Assembly: GCA_040954595.2 (NCBI GenBank)
Contig: CM082597.2
Coordinates: 5,027,244 to 5,091,243 of the forward strand
DNA: 64,000 bases
Origin: Balanoglossus misakiensis
Lineage: Eukaryota; Animalia; Hemichordata
Direction: 5' to 3'
The notes under the pieces were generated by a model. The model ran no database searches, had not been told where the DNA came from, and was given only the letters and a program-made list of their open reading frames with translations. Of this stretch, positions 60,701 through 64,000 are shown piece by piece. Both the position numbers and the translations under genes were made by a program. Within the stretch, counting starts at the first letter, position 1; each line of letters starts with the position of its first letter.

Positions 60701-63700
60701 TAGGACGCCTGTCTGAAGATAACTGGTGCACTGAATGAAATGGGCAGCGTACTGCTCTTGAGAGCGTGCAGAGCTGCATTGCTTCTAGGGTGATTAAAGC
60801 CGTGATTAACACCGTGAAAGGTGTGAAATGACTCCGTTGTGTTCACTATTCATCAAGAATTGAAAGGAAGTAGCAAGTTATAGTAAAAACAAAGGCGGAC
60901 GTAAGGCAAAAATACGGAGTTGACAATAACATGTTAGCGTAGCGGGCAGACATAATAGCGTCGGGGGGAAAGCCATAGCGTCGGGGCCGTTAGTGATAGC
61001 GTCGGGGCCCCCGACGCTGTTTGGGCCTGGGGAGAACCCTGATAATGTAAAAGCTGCAAGTACCCAGTGAAGGGGACAGGTGAATTAATACCATTAAAAC
61101 ATTTAGATTACAAATGAAGTGTATTAATCAGAGAAAAAGGAATCCACTTATCATACTGTTAGTGTTAGTGGAACAGAGAAGGGTATATACCCTTTCTGTC
61201 ATAATCATGGACTAATCTGCCACTATTGTCTATGATTGGGTTATTCCATGTTTGTTAGAAAGGGGTGATAAGGTCACAATTGGATAGCAAGAGAAATGAA
61301 AAGTGTTTTTCAGTGAAATTAGGATATTTGACTTCTTGCCATTCTGGGGCCAACTGACTTACATGCAACACTGACGTTTGATGTTTGGTCCGCCATATTT
61401 CGTTTTGTCGCTGCAAAATAAAGGCAGGGAGTTTGTTTATTAATTTTGAGAATAGCAAGTTCTCAACTTACATGCAACACTGTTTTTTGACATTTGGTCC
61501 ACCATACTTAGTTTTATCGCTGTGAAGAAAATAAAATAGATAGATAGATAGTTTGTTTCACCAGAAAGATGCATTTGACATAACTGGTGCGGACCAGGGA
61601 AGTAGTTCTAGTGGAACTAGTCATGTCCCTGGCCCTAAATACATATAAATCATTGAAACAAATAATGCAATTGCCATACACAATTGCATAAACAATTTAA
61701 AATGGGTGTTGTGATGGCCTGTGATCCGAGAAACTTTCTCTTAGTGGTAGGGGTCAAAATGATCAGATTCAGCAAATGTAGAATATAGATCAGTAAGTGT
61801 CGAATGTACAGTCAAACCTGTCTGTAGTGGCCAGTCAAAGAACATTCCTAAACTGGCCTTTATAGACAGGTGGCCTTTATATACAGGTCAATTAATGTAC
61901 ATGTAAATTGCATAGGTACTGTAACAAAGTGGCCACTATATAGAGGTGGCCACTAACACAGGTTTGACTGTGCATGTAACAAATTACTGGATTTAGAATA
62001 GATGAGAACAGCAAATGTATATTATTTGCTCGACATTTTGCTGACTCAGCATCCTGTGTACTCACAGACAGTATTCACACTTGCGACAATCCGCAACGCG
62101 TTGACATCCCTCGCATTCTCCGCACCGCCGTCTCCTCTTCCGGGGCTTGGCTGGAGTGTCTTCCTTGGGAACTGTCTTGGTCTCCCTCTTGGGAATCGTC
62201 TTGTTCTCCTTCTTGGGAGAGAGTTGGGGTGTCTCGTCGTCACTCACAACAGGCTCTGTGACAAAACGGCAGGGAAAATGTTGGTGCTTGATTATAGCGA
62301 TCTGAGAAACCACTTGAAAGTGAATTTGTTACAGTACGCAATCAACTGACATACATGCAAGCCTTTGATGAAAAATCAGCAATGAAAATGAGAAGACAGA
62401 TATAAACTTTGACTAAACCCATGTCAACATTTTACTTATCCATTACATTTTTGAAATTTATTTTATTTAAATTTTATTTCTGTTTGCAGTGGAACAAGAA
62501 AATCGCCTTTGGTACACAGAACACAAATACTGAAATTAAAACGCAAAGTTATAGCTAATGTCCCCTTTTAATGGCCACAACCAATTCTGTGCAGCTCAAA
62601 CCATTTTCCTTGTAACACTGCAAATCCTCACACTTACTTTCCTCTTTCTTTTCTCTCAGTTTCTCCTTCTCTCGTTCCGGCAAGGCACTTAGTCTGAGTT
62701 CATGGTTGTCGTCTCCAAAAAGCGCCCTGGACTGCCCCAACACGACCGCAGCTCTGCGGCAGACATGTTTGATCCGAGGCCCCCTAGTTGAGTTGCTACT
62801 CGTAGTGCTGACGTTGTCCGACGTATCTGCGTCATCATCCTGTATGGGCTATAACAATTTGAGACAAAACGTGCACATCATTTGGTGTCTTATCACCCCC
62901 GTATCAATCTGACAGTGGAACAATCTCAATCCCCTCACGCGAGACAGATATGAAAGTCCAAATACTGCAATTTTTAGTGGGAAAACAACATCACAGCACA
63001 ACAAATCTTTAGGACGTTTTATAAACTATTGAAAACTTACACTCTCTCTGGTAGGCTGGTTTTCCTTCACTTCAGGCTGTGACATGTTTGCTGAAAAACG
63101 AAGAGATATAGAATACTTATTATTATTATATCAAATCACCTTCATGAAATTACATACGTACATTGTAAGTTGTAAATTACAACTTGACTAGCAACTGAAT
63201 CATGACAATCTTATAAGTCATTTCCTTTAATCAGGTTTAACTGTAATAACATTATGAAATTCTGTCTTCCTGTTTTCAAGAATCATCCATCCTTGAAAAA
63301 TAAGCTTAAAGGTATATGGTCACCTCCAATTTAGATACGCCCATATTTGGCTGAAGTGGCGTATTGTAGCGTTCTAAAGAACAAATAGTTGCGCTCTTTT
63401 TTTCGCGTGTGCCACCCACTGAAAATCTGTGATTGGTTAGATTTCAATTCGCCATGATAACTATAGCTAATTTTCCATAGGTGACCGTATACCTTTAACC
63501 CTTTCACCACCATGGTTTGGTCCAAATGATGACTCACCTGTTTGTAGAAACTCTGGCGATTCTGTATGGGTGGCCTGTGTTGCATTGTCGCTGCTGTTCA
63601 TATCGACCAGCGACTCCAGATTGACGACCGGGAACGACTTGAGATCCACCGGGCTGTGAACCCTCTTCTGCTCCATCTCCAGCTGCATGTTCAGTTTCAC

Positions 63701-64000
63701 CAGCTGGTCCTTCTTGACGGCCTCCGCCTGCTTCACGGCCTTGCTCAGCGCGGCCTTGTGCAGCTGCAGCTTGGCCTTCTTGACGAGCTCCGAGGGCCTG
63801 CGCGAGCCGGGCTTGCCTCCTTTCTTCGCGACCGCGGCTGTCTTCGACCTCGAACTTGCTTCAGTGGCAGCATCGTCGTCCGCTTTCGGTTTGCGGTCTC
63901 GCCCGAGCAGCTTGGCGACCGACGACTTGAGCAGCACTTTCCGCTTGGATCGCCTCTCCGGAGTCACGACTTGACTGCTGCTCGCCGGACGTTCGACCGG
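39769..64000 (-). CDS. KMT2A: Histone H3K4 methyltransferase MLL/trithorax (KMT2A/KMT2B co-ortholog); 5' end lies off-window
   Basis: Ordered domains: [13 protein letters not shown] (62839-62638); CXXC (62255-62066, 61519-61472 or 61410-61363, 59997-59948); PHD1-3 (~58914-56441, e.g. [31 protein letters not shown]); bromodomain-region exons (~56030-54627); ePHD (53800-52620, [15 protein letters not shown]); FYRN (~51836-51150); giant exon 51251-43723; FYRC (43433-42327); Win motif GCARTE (41744-41587); SET (41047-40964, 40558-40429, 40275-40180 [12 protein letters not shown], 39942-39769 ELTYDYKF plus post-[16 protein letters not shown]). Confidence 0.97.
42005..42146. mobile_element. Tc1/mariner-type MITE family C
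   Basis: TA-CAGTTAAACCTGTGTTAGTGGCCACCTC...TAGGTTTGAC; homologous to 51506-51665 and 61809-61970. Confidence 0.8.
42956..43137. mobile_element. TTAA/AGGTAT MITE family D (Kolobok/T2-type), degenerate copy
   Basis: Homologous throughout to 63310-63494. Confidence 0.8.
51506..51665. mobile_element. Tc1/mariner-type MITE family C
   Basis: TA-CAGTCAAACCTGTGT...ACACAGGTTTGACTG-TA, perfect TIR and TSD. Confidence 0.9.
57640..57726. mobile_element. MITE family B copy
   Basis: CCCGTTCACCCCAAGTTCCC...TTTGGACCAAACCATGGCGATGAAAGGG. Confidence 0.75.
58470..58768. mobile_element. piggyBac-like non-autonomous element
   Basis: TTAA-CCCTAACGCTGC...GTAGCATTAGGG imperfect TIRs; right TSD degenerate; internal CTGCCAAGT repeats. 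Confidence 0.6.
60036..60070. mobile_element. Solo terminal fragment of MITE family A
   Basis: GGCAGTGAGAGAGAGACTTTGTCCCTTTA matches the right end of 730-1075. Confidence 0.75.
60405..61041. mobile_element. Non-autonomous DNA transposon, 16-bp perfect TIR, 5-bp TSD (hAT5-like)
   Basis: ATAAT-CAGGGTTCTCCCCAGG...CCTGGGGAGAACCCTG-ATAAT; subterminal TAGCGTCGGGG repeats at both ends. Confidence 0.85.
61363..61410 (-). CDS. KMT2A: KMT2 CXXC alternative exon B ([15 protein letters not shown])
   Basis: 48 nt, tattttgcag acceptor, gtaagt donor, phase 2-2. Confidence 0.85.
61472..61519 (-). CDS. KMT2A: KMT2 CXXC alternative exon A ([15 protein letters not shown])
   Basis: 48 nt, ttcttcacag acceptor, gtaagt donor, phase 2-2. 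Confidence 0.85.
61809..61970. mobile_element. Tc1/mariner-type MITE family C, inverted relative to 51506
   Basis: TA-CAGTCAAACCTGTC...CACAGGTTTGACTG. Confidence 0.85.
63310..63494. mobile_element. TTAA/AGGTAT MITE family D (Kolobok/T2-type)
   Basis: TTAA-AGGTATATGGTCACC...GGTGACCGTATACCT-TTAA. Confidence 0.88.

Overview
Eukaryotic, intron-rich animal DNA. An invertebrate deuterostome such as an acorn worm is my inference, not something the sequence proves. Reading GT-AG splice sites by hand gives seven protein-coding genes: (1) a Ly6/uPAR three-finger gene with at least two LU domains running off the left edge; (2) a single-domain GPI-type Ly6/uPAR paralog; (3) NKAPD1/C11orf57 head-to-head with (4) PIH1D2; (5) a histamine N-methyltransferase-like gene; (6) a ~1146-aa protein combining a GT-B/GT4-like glycosyltransferase fold, a TRADD-N-like domain, a helical region and a six-bladed NHL propeller; (7) most of a KMT2A/B (MLL/trithorax) gene running off the right edge. 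Several MITE families, minisatellites and microsatellites fill introns and intergenic space. Top findings: two tandem 48-nt exons only 61 nt apart that encode alternative versions of the CpG-reading loop of the MLL CXXC domain (probably mutually exclusive); an immunity/conflict-type multidomain protein whose GT domain lacks both EX7E glutamates; and a foldback MITE inserted at the stop codon of the methyltransferase gene. Homology calls come from remembered motifs; no database searches were run.
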